From contig OZ024741.1 of assembly GCA_964016885.1 (NCBI GenBank), positions 106,950,001-107,014,000 on the forward strand: a DNA stretch of 64,000 nucleotides. Reading direction: 5' to 3'. This stretch comes from Eledone cirrhosa (lineage: Eukaryota). Made by a program: the position numbers and the translations under genes. Positions 1 through 12,777 of the stretch are shown here, piece after piece; position 1 is the first letter of the stretch, and every line of letters starts with the position of its first letter. Below the pieces are notes generated by a model. It was not told the DNA's origin, searched no databases, and saw only the letters and a list, made by a program, of their open reading frames with translations.

Positions 1-457
1 TCAACAGCAGTGCTGAAACGACGATAAGCTGTACACACCGCTTAAAAATATCCTACTCCAGATGGAATAAGAACGAGGAGTGAAACCGTAAACCGGGTCT
101 CCCTGCACCAAGCTTTAACACCCCGGCGAGCAGGCGCTCCAGAAAACATCCGGAAAATAACCATGCATCCCAGACACGGCATGAATCGACCCAGGTGGGC
201 AGGCGCTGCAAACAAACGTCTCGAAACAAACGTTGGATACCTGACCCTGTGCGTATCGACAATGGTAAGGTAGTAGCCACATACTAGTAACGGATAAACA
301 ATTTGTCCGGAAAAGACTGCCCTAACACCGGCCAGAGTTATTTCCCTTGACCTACAGCAAAATCAATACATGTTTTTTACGAAGAATGAACTCTGACGTG
401 AACTTATCTCTAAAAACCCATTCCGAGTCATGTAAGGAACACTTTTTAGTTATTTAT

Positions 458-497
458 GCCCTTGAGAAGCTCATTCGGGCGAAACGTACGTAGGTGC
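458..497 (+). ncRNA. Minimal type I hammerhead ribozyme, U3-A8 core variant (Penelope-type)
   Basis: gccc-TTGAGAA-gctc(attc)gggc-GAAA-cgtacg-TA-ggtgc. Stem II is 4 bp, stem III has the palindrome CGTACG, and stem I has a bulge. U3-A8 replaces C3-G8. AATAAA lies about 30 nt downstream. Confidence 0.6.
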
Positions 498-708
498 TAT
501 TTTAAATAAACATGTTTTAACGGTTTGTTCTCCTATATTTATTTCTCCACGTGCTTACGCTCTGCTAATTCTCTCGCCCACTAGATATTAACACTTCTAA
601 TATTTAACACTGCCGGCACTAGTATTGAGCACCCTTTGCACTCGCTATTGGCAAATAACTACATGTATCACCTATCCCCCATTCTCTCTCGATACGTAAA
701 TATTCTAT

Positions 709-711
<3 letters not shown>

Positions 712-790
<79 letters not shown>

Positions 791-880
791 GTGTGTGCGT
801 GTATATATGTGTGTGTATATGTATATATTATCTATATATATGTATATATAAGTATATATGTATATATATATGTGTGTGTG
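712..880. repeat. (TA)n/(TG)n microsatellite
   Basis: Directly visible. It explains the spurious YIYI ORFs. Confidence 0.95.
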
Positions 881-1156
881 TGAATGTAGCGAAGATAATA
901 TGTCAGCAATGACGTGTTCGTCAGAATGTCGTTATGCAGACAGCCAGACATACAGAAAGATATTATAAGAGCTCGACGGAGATCGATAACCGGCGCCTAA
1001 CCGCCCTTTAACAACAGCAAATTGAAAAATAAAAGCTGTAGTTAGTATCTTTAGACCGCAAGGAATATATAAATGTAAGTTTGAAGTCAATCGGAGTAGA
1101 AATGTGGATTTGTATAGACTTTGCAAAAATGAGGACACACACACAGACAACAACAG

Positions 1157-1209
<53 letters not shown>

Positions 1210-1489
1210 AAGTTCCATCCACCCACACTCACAAACGCATATACATTCCTGTATGGCGGCAGATGATAATAGCGATATTTACGTAATATACGTAACATAT
1301 TGCGTTAGACTTACGTATATATATTGTTTCTATATTCATTATTAATGCCCGAATGATATATGTTGACGGATAAGAGGCCATTGTATACTTTGTCCTAATG
1401 TTGCCGGTGTTTATTTTTACTATTGTCAGTCTGGATCGATATAATTGTTTATACATTTTGCTATCGAACTATGAAGCGTAATGTCACAG

Positions 1490-1895
1490 CCATTAGTATC
1501 GGTAGAGGGTCGGACGCCATGCTTTGCAGTAAAGAGTTACGGTTTATGGTCTGAGTTCAAATCCCGCCGAGGTTAACTTTGCCTTTCATCCTTACAGAGT
1601 CGATAAAATAAAGTACCAGTAATACACTGATTTCATTGCTGGCCTTGTGCCAAAAGTAGAAACAATTATTATTATTATATTTACTGGCACTATAGTTAGA
1701 CCGTGGGACATTACGCTTTGCGGCAAATAGTTACGTTCCTTTACATTGGTTAGCCATGGTTAGCTTTGCTTGTCATCCTTACCGGGTCGATAAATAAAGT
1801 ACCAGTAACGCACTGGGGTGGATTTAATCGACTTGCCTCTCCCCAAAAATGATGGCTTGTGTCTCAAGTAGACCATTATTATTATTATTATTATT
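1490..1895 (+). mobile_element. Tandem pair of tRNA-derived SINEs (family A) with (ATT)n tails
   Basis: A-box-like agtatcggtag, B-box gagttcaaatccc, central gcctttcatccttacggggtcgataaaataaagtaccag, tail attattatt. About 15 copies occur in the window. Confidence 0.85.
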
Positions 1896-4800
1896 ACAGT
1901 TGCATTTATCTTGCTTTATGTTCATACGAGTTATCACCAAGTCACAACCAGTGACCTCAAGAGACAACAAGGTCCGCCATGTTCAAGAAAGAACATACAT
2001 ACTCACACATGCATCTTTAGTGTTTAGACTTGTGATGTACTTATATTGACAGAGTCTTCCTTAGTATATGGGCAGTTCCCATTAGTACTATCTTTTGTAT
2101 TTCTCCTATATGCGGGTTTCCTGGGATTTGCGATAAGTAATCATTAGACCCCTTAGGTATCATTCCCAGAGCGCCTACAACCACTGGTATTGTTTTAGTT
2201 CTCAATTTCCACATTTTTCCAATTTCTATCTCCAGGTCCTTATACTTGCTCAATTTTTCAAATGCTTTTATAGATACATTCTTGTCTATTGGAACGGACA
2301 TATCAATTAGCAGGCATACCCTCTTTTTAAAGTCCTTCAATATTATATCAGGTCTATTTGCATCTATTTTTCGGTCTGTTTGGATGCTAAAATTCCACAA
2401 GATTGAGATGTGATCTTTTTCAAGTATGGGAGGTGGTTGATGCTCCCACCAATTCTTTTGATGGGGCAGGTCAAAATGCTTACACATTATCCAATGTATG
2501 TATTGTGCAGCTCTGTCATGCCTGTTTAGGTATTCGGTTGGAGCTATAGGACTGCACATTGAAATTATATGGTCAATGGTCTCTGGTTGTTTTTTACATA
2601 CACGGCATAATGGGCTGCATCCATTTTTTATTATGTTGGCTTGGTAATTTTTTGTTGGCAGACACTGATCTTGTGCTGATATAATCAGTCCTTCAGTCTC
2701 CGATTTCAGTCCAGAGGATGCCAACCACTGATGGGTTAAAGTTTTGTCAACATCAGGATTGTTAGCTCGTTCTGGGTATTTTCCATACAGAGGCTTTTCT
2801 TGCCATTTCTTAGCCAGTTTCTGTAGCAGTTCTTTCTTTGCAGTTACTTTTACCTGCTTTGCTTTTTCTGTGTTTTCCATTTCAGCAGTAAATGGGACTT
2901 CTGAAATTTGTAGTCCATTACTGTATCTTTGTGCATCTTTTGTAATGGAATATGATCTTTTGATGCTTTCGTGTTTCAAAACGAGTTTGATCATCCAATC
3001 ATGTGATTCCCTTAGATATGTAGATAATCCAATTGTTGCAGTTTTCAACGCAATGTCTAACTGGATTAACCCACGTCCTCCTTCTTTCCTAGGGAGATAT
3101 ATTCTATTTGTATCTGCCTTAGGGTGATGCATTCTGTGCATGGTTAAGAATTTTCGAATTTTTGTATCGAGCCTACGGATCTCTGTGCTTGACCAGTTGA
3201 TGACATTGTAACTGTAGGTTACTACTGGTATGGCAAGCATGTTTATGGCATCGATCCTATTCCTTGCATTCAATTCCGTTCTTAAGATTGCTCTTACTCT
3301 GCGGTAACATTCCTTCCTTATCCATTCCCTCATTGTCGAGTGCTTGATTCCGTCTCCTTCACAAACACCTAGATATTTGTAAGTTTTTTCTTGATCAAGT
3401 TCTCTTATCACGTTCCCCCGATCAAGATTAATGTCTGAACTCTTCAGCAGCTTTCCTCTGGTGAACGTTGCTTTGGCGCATTTATCTAGTCCAAACTCCA
3501 TTTTAATGTCATCACTGAACTGCTCCACAATGGATAATAGCCCTTGCAATTGTTCATCATTTTTTGCAAATAGTTTCAGGTCATCCATGTAGAACAAGTG
3601 ATTAATGGTTTTGTCATAGACTCTATATCCATGTTTTGTTTCACTGAGCATTTTACTTAATGGTATAAGTGCAATGCGGAATAAAAGCGGTGATAAAGAG
3701 TCACCCTGAAAAATTCCACAATTAATATTAACTTCTCCAGCTTCCAGTGATTTTGTTTCACTATTCAAAAGGAGTGTCGTTTTCCATGTCTTCATACTGA
3801 ATGACAAAAACCTCCTGACAACGGGGGATATTCTGAAAATCTCTAAACATTTTTCAATCCAACTGTGTGGCAAACTATCGAATGCTTTTTTATAATCTAT
3901 CCAAGCAATTGATAGATTTTTGTGTCTATTATGACAATCTTCCAGTATCATTTTTTTAACCAAAAGCTGATCCTTACAGCCATATGAGCCTCGTTTACAC
4001 CCTTTCTGCTCAATGGGAAATAGGTCATTTGTTATCAGGTGGTCATATGTGTATTCAGTTAGGACTGATGTTAAAATTTTATACATTGTGGTCAAGCAAG
4101 TTATCGGTCTGTAATTTTTGGGATTGTTTGTCTCATCATTCTTCGGAAGCAGGAATGTAATGCCGTTAACTAGCCATGATGGTATCTTTTCTGGCTCCTT
4201 AACTATTTCATTGTAAAGTTGGGCTAACAGCTCATGAGACTCTGTGAAGGCATTTATCCAAAAATTTTGTATTTTGTTTTTTCCTGGGGATTTCCATTTG
4301 CTGGTTTTTCTTAGAGCCAAGCGCAACTGTTCAACTGTTATATTTTCCCATATTTGTTCTTCAAGGTGAGCTGTATCTTTGATTTGTCTGTCTATCCATG
4401 GGGCATGTATGTTATGAACTTTTTCTTCGGCCCAGATCTTTTCCCAGAATTCTTGCACTTCCTCCTTGGGTGGTATTGATTTAGCAGTTATTGTTGACTT
4501 ACCAATTTTTCTGTAGAAGTTTCTTTGGTTGTTTTTTAACATATTACTGTCCTTATAGAATCTAGATCGTTTTTCAAAGCGCCTTATACGAGCAGCTTTG
4601 GCCGACACTTTTTGCTTGATTATTTCTATCAGCATGTCTATGTCACTTGGTGATTTTATACTGTACTTTCTTTTCAATTTTCTAAGTTTAGTTTGTTTAA
4701 CATGTTCACCTACTTTATAGTTTGTTAAAATTTCTATGTCAGATCGGAGAAGGTTTATTTGGCGATTGATGTTCTCTTGCCAAGTAGATTTCTTGTGGGA

Positions 4801-5850
4801 ATTCCTTTGTTTTTTCATCTTCACTCCACATAAGTGAGTGGTGACTTTAGCCGATGCATAATAGAGATTTAAATCAGTAATGTTTAGTTTGTTTGTGATG
4901 ATAATGTTTTTGAGAATTATGTTAGTCTTGTGTATTATCTTTTGGTTCTGTTTGGAGTTCTGGAGATTAGGGAGGGTGTCTCGTTGCCCCATGTCAGATT
5001 CTTTCATTTTCATCCATTCGATCATAATTTCATCCTTCAAGTTGGCAAGTTCATTCTCATTCATTTCTTTATCATTTACGATCTCGTTATTTTCATTTGG
5101 AGTTTCATCTTGAGCATGCACTCACTCCACTTTTTTGATCCTTTCTTTAATTTGTTCTGTTGCCAGTGATTCCGCCCCAACCCTGGGATTCGAAGTGTTA
5201 CAATTTACCTCGTTTTCACTGACACATGTTTCATTTTCCCTTCGCTGACTTTGTGCTAATAGCTTGATCTGATCAATTTCTATATCAGTTAGTAACTTTT
5301 TTTTTACAATATTTCTTCGTATATTGGCTAGTTTGTTACTGTCAATATAGCCTCTGTTTTCGGGATGTTTCTTTTTCCAGTTAATATATGTCTGTTCTGT
5401 ATTCGATGTATTTGATGGGTAGTACATGGCAGTGTAGAAAGCCTCAAGGACTTCTTTATTATCTTCCCTTGACCATTTTTCTCTCTTTTTCTTTGGATTT
5501 CTTGGTGGTGAGCATGGAGGGCCAACAGTAGGAGTATTCCGGTTATGGGAGGTCTCCAGCTCCGAAGTGATGGGAAGGTTTGAACCATTAGCTGATTTTT
5601 CGACCCCAGTCTGGTTCCTCTCTGAGGGACGCGGCCCTTTTTTACCCGGGTGACGGCCGATCCTGTATGAGATTTTATCATTAGACATTTACTTTATTTT
5701 GTCGCGTTTTATCCTTATCCGCCAAGGGGTAATCATTTCGTGTTACCACTTCTAGAACGAGTGTCAACCAAGATTAGAGGGGTCGTTCTCCCCTAGAGAC
5801 ACGGCTATTCCTCGACGGCCGCCATCCCGGTATTTCTTGGTCACGGGGTT
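1896..5850 (-). mobile_element. Near full-length R4/Dong-clade non-LTR retrotransposon (RT plus restriction-like endonuclease)
   Basis: Single long reading frame, short 3' UTR ending directly in (TAA)n at 1895, GC-richer 5' UTR ~5690-5850. The 5' boundary is approximate. Confidence 0.9.
2041..5688 (-). pseudogene. R4/Dong ORF (~1215 codons) interrupted by one in-frame TGA at 5122-5124
   Basis: ORFs 5122..5688 and 2041..5121 are contiguous and in frame. RT motifs NYRPITCL, WIDYKKAFDS, GIFQGDSLSP, FYMDD; CCHC knuckle CRVC-x8-H-x4-C; RHD; RPDII..LIDMSVP..KLSKY endonuclease motifs. Confidence 0.9.
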
Positions 5851-6915
5851 TTCTTTTTTGTTGTTTTTTTAAATTGTTATTATCATGAGTGGTTCCTTAA
5901 TGTGAGCATTGCGTGGCTTAAGAATGAAATTATTAATAATTGTCTCCACTTCAGGCACAAGGCCAGCAATCACCCAGTGCATTACAATAATATAATATAC
6001 TTTTGTTGAAGTTGCCTGTTATTGTTGTTGGCTATGTCGGTGGTGGTGCTGGGGCTTTTTATATTGTTGGTGAGGAAGGGGGGAGCCAGCAGTGCCATAG
6101 TTGTTGACGTTTGGCCGGTGGCCGGGTCACTAAGTCAATCTATTTATATCTTTTGCTAGCCTCTCCCTTGTCTAGTGATACCGCTACCTTCCCCTTTCTT
6201 AAGTTAACAGGGGAATAGTGGTGGTAGCAATGAAGGAGTGGTGGCGGCGGTGATGGGATAGTGGTAGCAATGATGGATGGAGTGGTGGCGGCGGTGGCGT
6301 TGTCGTTACTGATTTTTGTTGAATGGACTAGTTTTTTTGATATGTAGTATCTATGCGTTTGTGTCGCGTATGTTTAATATATGTGTTGAATAGACTAGTT
6401 TTGTTTGATCTGTAGTATCTATGCGTTTGTGTCGCGTATGTTTAATATATGTGTTGACATATTCACGTAATATTGGAATTAAACATTTTGTTAAAACTTG
6501 AGACAATAATAATAGGAATTATTATTATGATGCTGGGATTAGTGGTGGTGGTGGTGAAATTGCCGTTATCTGGCTGTTATATTTAGTGTACACAGCGGGG
6601 TGATGGGGTAGGTGGTATATCAAGTTTCTGGTGTTGGTGAAATTGCTGTTATTTGGCTGTTCTATATAGTGTAGAGGGGTTTTCTTCCATTTATAACCAT
6701 TTTCTTTTTTGAATATAAAATATATAATACAAAATTGAATATTTGAGCGATATAACAATATATTATGGATCCGAAATTTTATGAGATTTGATTCGGTGGT
6801 TTATGCATCATTTGTACTAAGAATTGTTATTTCACAATTGATTTAAATATGTTAAAAATCAAAAACTTACAGGAGCGATTTCATGACCTTCTACCACCAC
6901 GTGCGTCTTCTTCCC

Positions 6916-6916
<1 letters not shown>

Positions 6917-7001
<85 letters not shown>
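6917..7001. repeat. (TTA)n microsatellite at the 5' flank of the Tx1 element
   Basis: Perfect TTA run directly visible. Confidence 0.95.
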
Positions 7002-7218
7002 GAATGCTATGGTTGACGGAGGCTCGGCTCTGTAAGGTACTGTAAATTTTGAACGCTTTAACAGTTGTAAATTGTTTAAAACTTAGACCAACTTGTAGAC
7101 AAAAACACCCTCCTCCTCGTGAGAGGGGTCTTTCTGCCCGTTATTTGGCCCTTCGGGGTTAAATAACTGCTTATTGGGGTTTTGTACCCAATATTTATTT
7201 TAAACAAAAAAAAACAAC

Positions 7219-9322
7219 ATGGCTACGAAAAAGAATTTGCATAGGTCACTCCCACTCATTCCGTCTTCTTTTTCCTCAATCGTCACTACAGCAGAGAGAA
7301 GATTGTCTCTCTCCCTCCCTTCCTTAAATGTGTCTCTCTCCCTCCCTTCTCTTTCGCAAGCGACGAAAGAAAAGAAAAGTCTCGTGCAAAGCGTGCAAGG
7401 TTTCTCCACGACGACGACGACAGCGACGAAACAGGTGTGCGGGAAATACGAAAACCCAGTTCATTCGTCTGACGTCAGGAATAATAGCAGTAGCAGCCGT
7501 AATAACAACAGCAACAGTGACAATGAAAACAACAGTAGCAGCCGCAACAGCATCACCAGCAGCATAAACAACAACAGCATTAGCAGCAGCAACACCAACA
7601 ACAACCACAGTAACAGCGGCGGAGGCAGTAGTCGTAGTACCTGCAGCAACAACAAAAGTAACAGCAGCTCTGACGACAACAACAACAACAGCAGCAAAGA
7701 AAAACCAATCTCATTTGCAGGTATTGCGAAAAACTTGGAAACAATCCTCATAACAAATGAGGAATTAGAGGAAGCGAAGAAGATGGTGACAAAGAACGGA
7801 CACCGAGCAATCTGCAAGGCAGCGGAAAATTTTTTCGAAACCCAAGAGCACTGTACGGTCACGTACCGTACAGTTAGTACAAAATCCCGTAGGGTGGAAA
7901 GAGCCACAGAGGCTCAAATACAAAAAGCCTTGGGGTCTGTGTGGCAGCGGAAAACGCACATCACCCGAGGCAAAAAATATGCCACCGTAGACGTACTTTT
8001 TGCCACACCCCAGGAGGCAAAGGCCCAATCAGTAGTGACCCTAAGGAGCGAGGAAATGGTGTTGGTGCCCTCCTACTGCGGGCAAAAAATTGTGAGGGTC
8101 AAACTGACCCACGTCCCCCCCCGGAATGACCCCTTCTTGGCTGGCCGCGTCTGTCCTCGTCGGAATCGAGGACAAAACAACTGTACTGCAAGTACAGAAA
8201 AAAGTAAGAGAAGATTGGGTCGGCTCCTCCATTGAGATGCTAATCCAAACCAACCAGGAGTGCATCGAAGCTATCCCGGATGTGATAGACTTCGATAACG
8301 GCACTCAACTGCCCATAAGTGTTGAGGGCAAACGCCCGAAATGCTTTCGCTGTGGATCGAAGACTCACCTCAGGGCCTTCTGCAACGAGAAGACCCTGAG
8401 AAAGGAGAAAACCCCCCTCCTTCCGAATCCGGCTCCACGGCTACCAGCAACAGGACAAGCGGCAACCAGGAACGATAGGTCCGTGGCACCCATACCCACT
8501 CCACGGAAATCAAAAACAGCAGCAGCAGTGGAAATATTAACAACAACAACAGCAATACCAAATGCAGCTGCAACAGAGACTCCAGTGCAAACATCACCAA
8601 CAACAACAAGTGAAAGAGTGGAGCTGGTACCCCTCCCCGACCTCACAGAATCAGACATGGAGTGTGAGGTGGGAGAGGGATGGCAAAAGGTCGCAAGAAG
8701 GCACAAACGCAGAAGCAGCGCATCGTCGCCTTTGAAAAGGGAGGAAAGAAATGAGAAAAGGGTAAAGTCTACTGCAAAGAGACCCACAGCAGCAACAACA
8801 CCAACACCATCACCACCCACACTAGCACCACCATCACCACCGGCGACAACCCCACCGCCAACAACACCTTTAACACCACCACCACAAGCACCAACATCGC
8901 AAACACAACAACAAAACACACACACCCAGCAACAACGACAAGAAAATAGCAGAACCACACCCCACCCCCAGAAAAACAAATGCACGGCAATAAATACACA
9001 CAACAAGAAACTAATGACTTACATAATTGAACACACAGACATTTCACAACAGGACTACATAATACCAGCACCAATCAAAACGCCAACTAACATAAGACTG
9101 CTAAAAATAGCACAGAAACAATACACAAACATTAAAACGAAATTCCCCAACGCAGTTGGTGATTTCAGCGACCTAGGAGGAACCATCAATCGAAGAGTAT
9201 ACTCAGACATTCTCTTAGGAGAGCCGACGACCAGCCGAAGGGACGATTCAACGGTCCCTTCACCAGACGATCAAGTGAAAAGGGATGTAAAAACCATCCC
9301 TCCTCTACCAAAAGTACGGTAA
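7219..9322 (+). pseudogene. Tx1 ORF1 (gag-like nucleic-acid-binding protein) split by a +1 frameshift in a C8 run at 8115-8122
   Basis: ORFs 7219..8235 and 8126..9322 join as LTHVPP-GMTPSW if one C is removed. It has a CCHC knuckle CFRCGSKTHLRAFC, Ser/Asn-rich and Pro/Thr-rich linkers, and a basic GWQKVARRHKRR motif. Confidence 0.8.
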
Positions 9323-9357
9323 GTGGTCTTTCCCATCTTTTCCACTCTATTTTAAAC

Positions 9358-12300
9358 ATGACCTCACTCAGAATAGGCAGCATAAATGCGCGTGGCTTGG
9401 GGTCGTCATGGAAGCAGGGTCACCTGCTCAACGATCTCAGGTCACTAAACATAGATGTAGTGGCCATCAGCGAGACCAGAATCTCCGAAGCACGGGCCTT
9501 CGCACCGATCTTCGGCGGCTACGATGTGTACGCATCTCCCAGCCGTCCTGGATCGGGTGGAGGAGTTGCTGTGCTTTTTCGGAGAGGTTTGGATCTCGCC
9601 ATACGGGCCATCTTCCTGGACCCAGAGGGTAAGCTGGTGGTGCTGGACGTGACCAGCGGAGACGGGCAAGCTTTCAGGCTAGTGGCCGTCTATGCCCCGA
9701 CAGGAGCAGGGCGGCCTGATTTCTTCCGGCGTCTGGAGACCTTTCTTGGAACATCCCGCTCTTTAGTGTTAGTGGGCGACTGGAACGGGATCTTAGATGC
9801 ACGCTGGGACTGTGTGGGATTAGCGGATAGGGGTGGAGGGTGCAAGAGCCTCACCAACCTGCTCAGGCGTTTTGAACTGTCTGACAGGTACCGATTGGAT
9901 TTCCCGAATGTGCCAATGTGGACTTGGACAAACCGCATAGGGTCATCCAGATCATATCTAGATAGAGTATTTTGTAGGGAAATAGATAGGTCTAGCATAG
10001 GCTGTCCACAATTCAAGATAGTCAGCTACACGGACCACAAGTTCGTGACCTGTGTGCTTGACTTAGATAGGCTTCATAGACGAGGACCCGGCTACTGGAA
10101 GCTAAACGCGTCCTTACCAGCGCGCAAGGCCTACAGAGACCGGATTAGCGAACTAGTTAAGCGGGCGTTGACGGGGGCCATCGTCAACAACAAGTGGTGG
10201 TTTGCTCTGAAAAGAGCGATTAGAATAGAATCGATTAGGTTTAGTAAGGCTTTAGCAATAGAGAAAAATAGAGCAGAGGGAGAACTAGTTAGTAAATTAG
10301 ACGAGGCGCTTAGCAAAGGCATTGCGACCGACGTGCTAGCGGCGAAATTGGCCCTTGACCAATTCTTCAATGCAAAGCACGAAGGCTGCGTTGTCAGAGC
10401 TAGGGTGCGTGCTCTCAGACACGAGGGAACGAAAGCCGTTCAATGGGCCCGAGTGGCGGAGGCGCGTCGTGGCAACAAAGCCACGATCCGGTCTTTGGTG
10501 GACCACGACGGGCGCATGCTACTCGATCCCGGGCAAATGTGTGAAGCTTTTCAGCGACACTTCGCTCAGCTGTTCGGGGGCAGCGGTGGGCCGGGTAGAG
10601 GGATGGACTTTAGTGTCTACCTCGACGGACTGCCGCGGCTCTCGGCCACTGAGGCGAAGTGTTGCGAAAAGCCGATAACAGCCGCTGAAGTAAGGGAGGC
10701 AATGACTGGCTGCACAAGGGGTAAATCGCCTGGTTTGGATGGTCTGCCCTATGAACTTTACGTACAGATGCCAGACTTGTTCGGAGGCCTCTTGGCGGAC
10801 GTCTACTGCAACTGGCAACAGAACGGGAGAATTCCCAGTTCTGTGAGCCGAGGAGCGGTGGCACTGCTGAGAAAGGATCCGAACAAGGGGGATAACATAG
10901 AAAATTTCCGGCCCATAACTCTGCTAAACACAGAGTTTAAGATTTTGGCCAAGGTGCTAGCAAAGAGGTTGGCGCTTGTCGTTGGTGGTCTGGTGGGAGA
11001 GGCGCAGACATGCGCCATTCCCGACAGATCCATCCACGACAACCTCCACCTCATGCGATACATCGTAGAGAAGGTAGCTAGGGAACCTGGCACGGGTGGG
11101 TCCTTGATCAATTTAGATCAGTCGAAAGCTTTCGATAGGGTCGACCATCGTTACCTAGCGGCAGTCCTGAGGGCGGCTGGCTTTGGGCCCGTCTTCAGAG
11201 GCTGGATCGCTGCCATGCACAGCGACATCTGCTCTGTGGTGAGAGTGAACGGTCACCTGTCGGAACCGTTCAACATCATGCGCTCGGTCCGCCAAGGATG
11301 TCCCCTCTCGTCCCTCTTGTACGTATTGACTCTCGAGCCATTACTGCACAAACTGGAGACGTTGAGGGGAGTCCCGCGCGAACTAGGATGCGGAAGATCC
11401 GTGTCAGCATATGCGGACGATGTCACCGTAGTGGTGTCGAACGCCAAACACATCGAGGCGATCGGCACTACACTAAGAGAATACGAAGCGGTGACAGGAG
11501 CAATGATCAACCAGGAAAAGTCAGTGGGCCTGCAGCTCGGCACCTGGAGAGGCAGGTCCATGCCGTCCAACAGCGTCGTCGGACGCTGGACGGACGGACC
11601 GGTTAAATTGCTAGGGGTCTGGTTCGGTCCGGACCTCCAGACGGACAAAAACTGGGACGAGGTGACGAGCAGGGTGGCTTCTCTCACCCAGAAATGGGCC
11701 GAGAGGAAGCTATCCCTGAAAGGTCGAGCGGAGGTGGCTAACGCGTACATCGCGTCTGTCATCTGCTACCGCCTGACCGTCGTACCTTGTCCTAAGCCTC
11801 GCCTGACTGCGCTGGAGCGTTTGCTCTTTCGCTTTTTGTGGAAGGGACGTGCTCCAATGGTCAGGCGGTCCATCTGTTGTCAACACCCGCTACGTGGAGG
11901 GCTGGGCATGCCGTGGCTGATGATGCGCAGGCACGCGCTCAGGCTACGACATCTCCACCTCTTCCTCGACGGTGATCAGGTGTGGTCGCCGTTTGCCTGG
12001 CGCGTATATCCCCAGCTCGTTTCCTTGACGGAGCTGCAGTCCTGGGTCAAGCGAAGACCGAGAGGGAGCGCCTGGAGACTGGAATGTCTTCAGGCGCTCA
12101 CAGCCCTCGACCAATCGGGCAATGTGATCGGTGGAAACTCCACCTCGGCGTTCTATAGAGGATTAGTGGAGGGTAAGAGCGACGACGTACTTGGGGAAAC
12201 TCTAGGCGTCGACGAAAATCAACTAGCCAATCTCTTCGGAAGAACTTTCGGGCCGGGGCCTATGGACAACTTCCAGAAATCTCTGGCCTGGCAGTGCTAC

Positions 12301-12777
12301 CGAGGAGCCTTGCCAGTTCGGGATAAACTCTACAGGCATGGAGGTGCCGTCAGCCAGGCATGTCCGAGATGCGCGCAGGGCGACGAAACCATCCTGCACG
12401 CACTCGTCCAATGTCCGAAAATTGCTGACTTGTGGGTTTATGTCGAACACCTGCTGTCGCGTTTAGGACGGATCCAGCTATCATCTGAGTCCATCGTGAG
12501 GATTGCCCCGCCCTCCTCCTTTAGCCGGGAAGGGCAGGCAGTTTTTATCTGTCTGGTGGCCATGGCGAAAGAGATAGTATGGTGGACACGTTTGAAAGGG
12601 CTGAAGACGAGCACTTACCTCTTCGGTGATGCTCTGATTGCCTTTTTCAAATTTCATTTGAAAAGGAAAATCAGAGTAGAGAGGGAAGTGCTCTCTTCCC
12701 AGCATTTTGTTGAAAGATGGGTGAGAGAAGCAAGAATGGCCCGAGTGAATGGGCCTACTCTGAGTATATATCTGTAA
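9358..12777 (+). CDS. Tx1 ORF2: APE endonuclease + reverse transcriptase + C-terminal Cys/His domain, intact 1139 aa
   Basis: APE motifs SINARGL, ISETR, VYAP, GDWN, YLDR, TDH; RT motifs FRPITLLN, LDQSKAFDRV, VRQGCPLS, YADD; C-terminal CPRC-x8-H-x4-C. Confidence 0.95.
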   Translation: MTSLRIGSINARGLGSSWKQGHLLNDLRSLNIDVVAISETRISEARAFAPIFGGYDVYASPSRPGSGGGVAVLFRRGLDLAIRAIFLDPEGKLVVLDVTSGDGQAFRLVAVYAPTGAGRPDFFRRLETFLGTSRSLVLVGDWNGILDARWDCVGLADRGGGCKSLTNLLRRFELSDRYRLDFPNVPMWTWTNRIGSSRSYLDRVFCREIDRSSIGCPQFKIVSYTDHKFVTCVLDLDRLHRRGPGYWKLNASLPARKAYRDRISELVKRALTGAIVNNKWWFALKRAIRIESIRFSKALAIEKNRAEGELVSKLDEALSKGIATDVLAAKLALDQFFNAKHEGCVVRARVRALRHEGTKAVQWARVAEARRGNKATIRSLVDHDGRMLLDPGQMCEAFQRHFAQLFGGSGGPGRGMDFSVYLDGLPRLSATEAKCCEKPITAAEVREAMTGCTRGKSPGLDGLPYELYVQMPDLFGGLLADVYCNWQQNGRIPSSVSRGAVALLRKDPNKGDNIENFRPITLLNTEFKILAKVLAKRLALVVGGLVGEAQTCAIPDRSIHDNLHLMRYIVEKVAREPGTGGSLINLDQSKAFDRVDHRYLAAVLRAAGFGPVFRGWIAAMHSDICSVVRVNGHLSEPFNIMRSVRQGCPLSSLLYVLTLEPLLHKLETLRGVPRELGCGRSVSAYADDVTVVVSNAKHIEAIGTTLREYEAVTGAMINQEKSVGLQLGTWRGRSMPSNSVVGRWTDGPVKLLGVWFGPDLQTDKNWDEVTSRVASLTQKWAERKLSLKGRAEVANAYIASVICYRLTVVPCPKPRLTALERLLFRFLWKGRAPMVRRSICCQHPLRGGLGMPWLMMRRHALRLRHLHLFLDGDQVWSPFAWRVYPQLVSLTELQSWVKRRPRGSAWRLECLQALTALDQSGNVIGGNSTSAFYRGLVEGKSDDVLGETLGVDENQLANLFGRTFGPGPMDNFQKSLAWQCYRGALPVRDKLYRHGGAVSQACPRCAQGDETILHALVQCPKIADLWVYVEHLLSRLGRIQLSSESIVRIAPPSSFSREGQAVFICLVAMAKEIVWWTRLKGLKTSTYLFGDALIAFFKFHLKRKIRVEREVLSSQHFVERWVREARMARVNGPTLSIYL

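Noticed and set aside
5690-5850. HDV-like ribozyme in the R4/Dong 5' UTR
   Set aside because: Local stems exist (agaacga/tcgttct, ccaaga/tcttgg), but I could not build the nested double pseudoknot with L3 and J4/2 consensus by eye.
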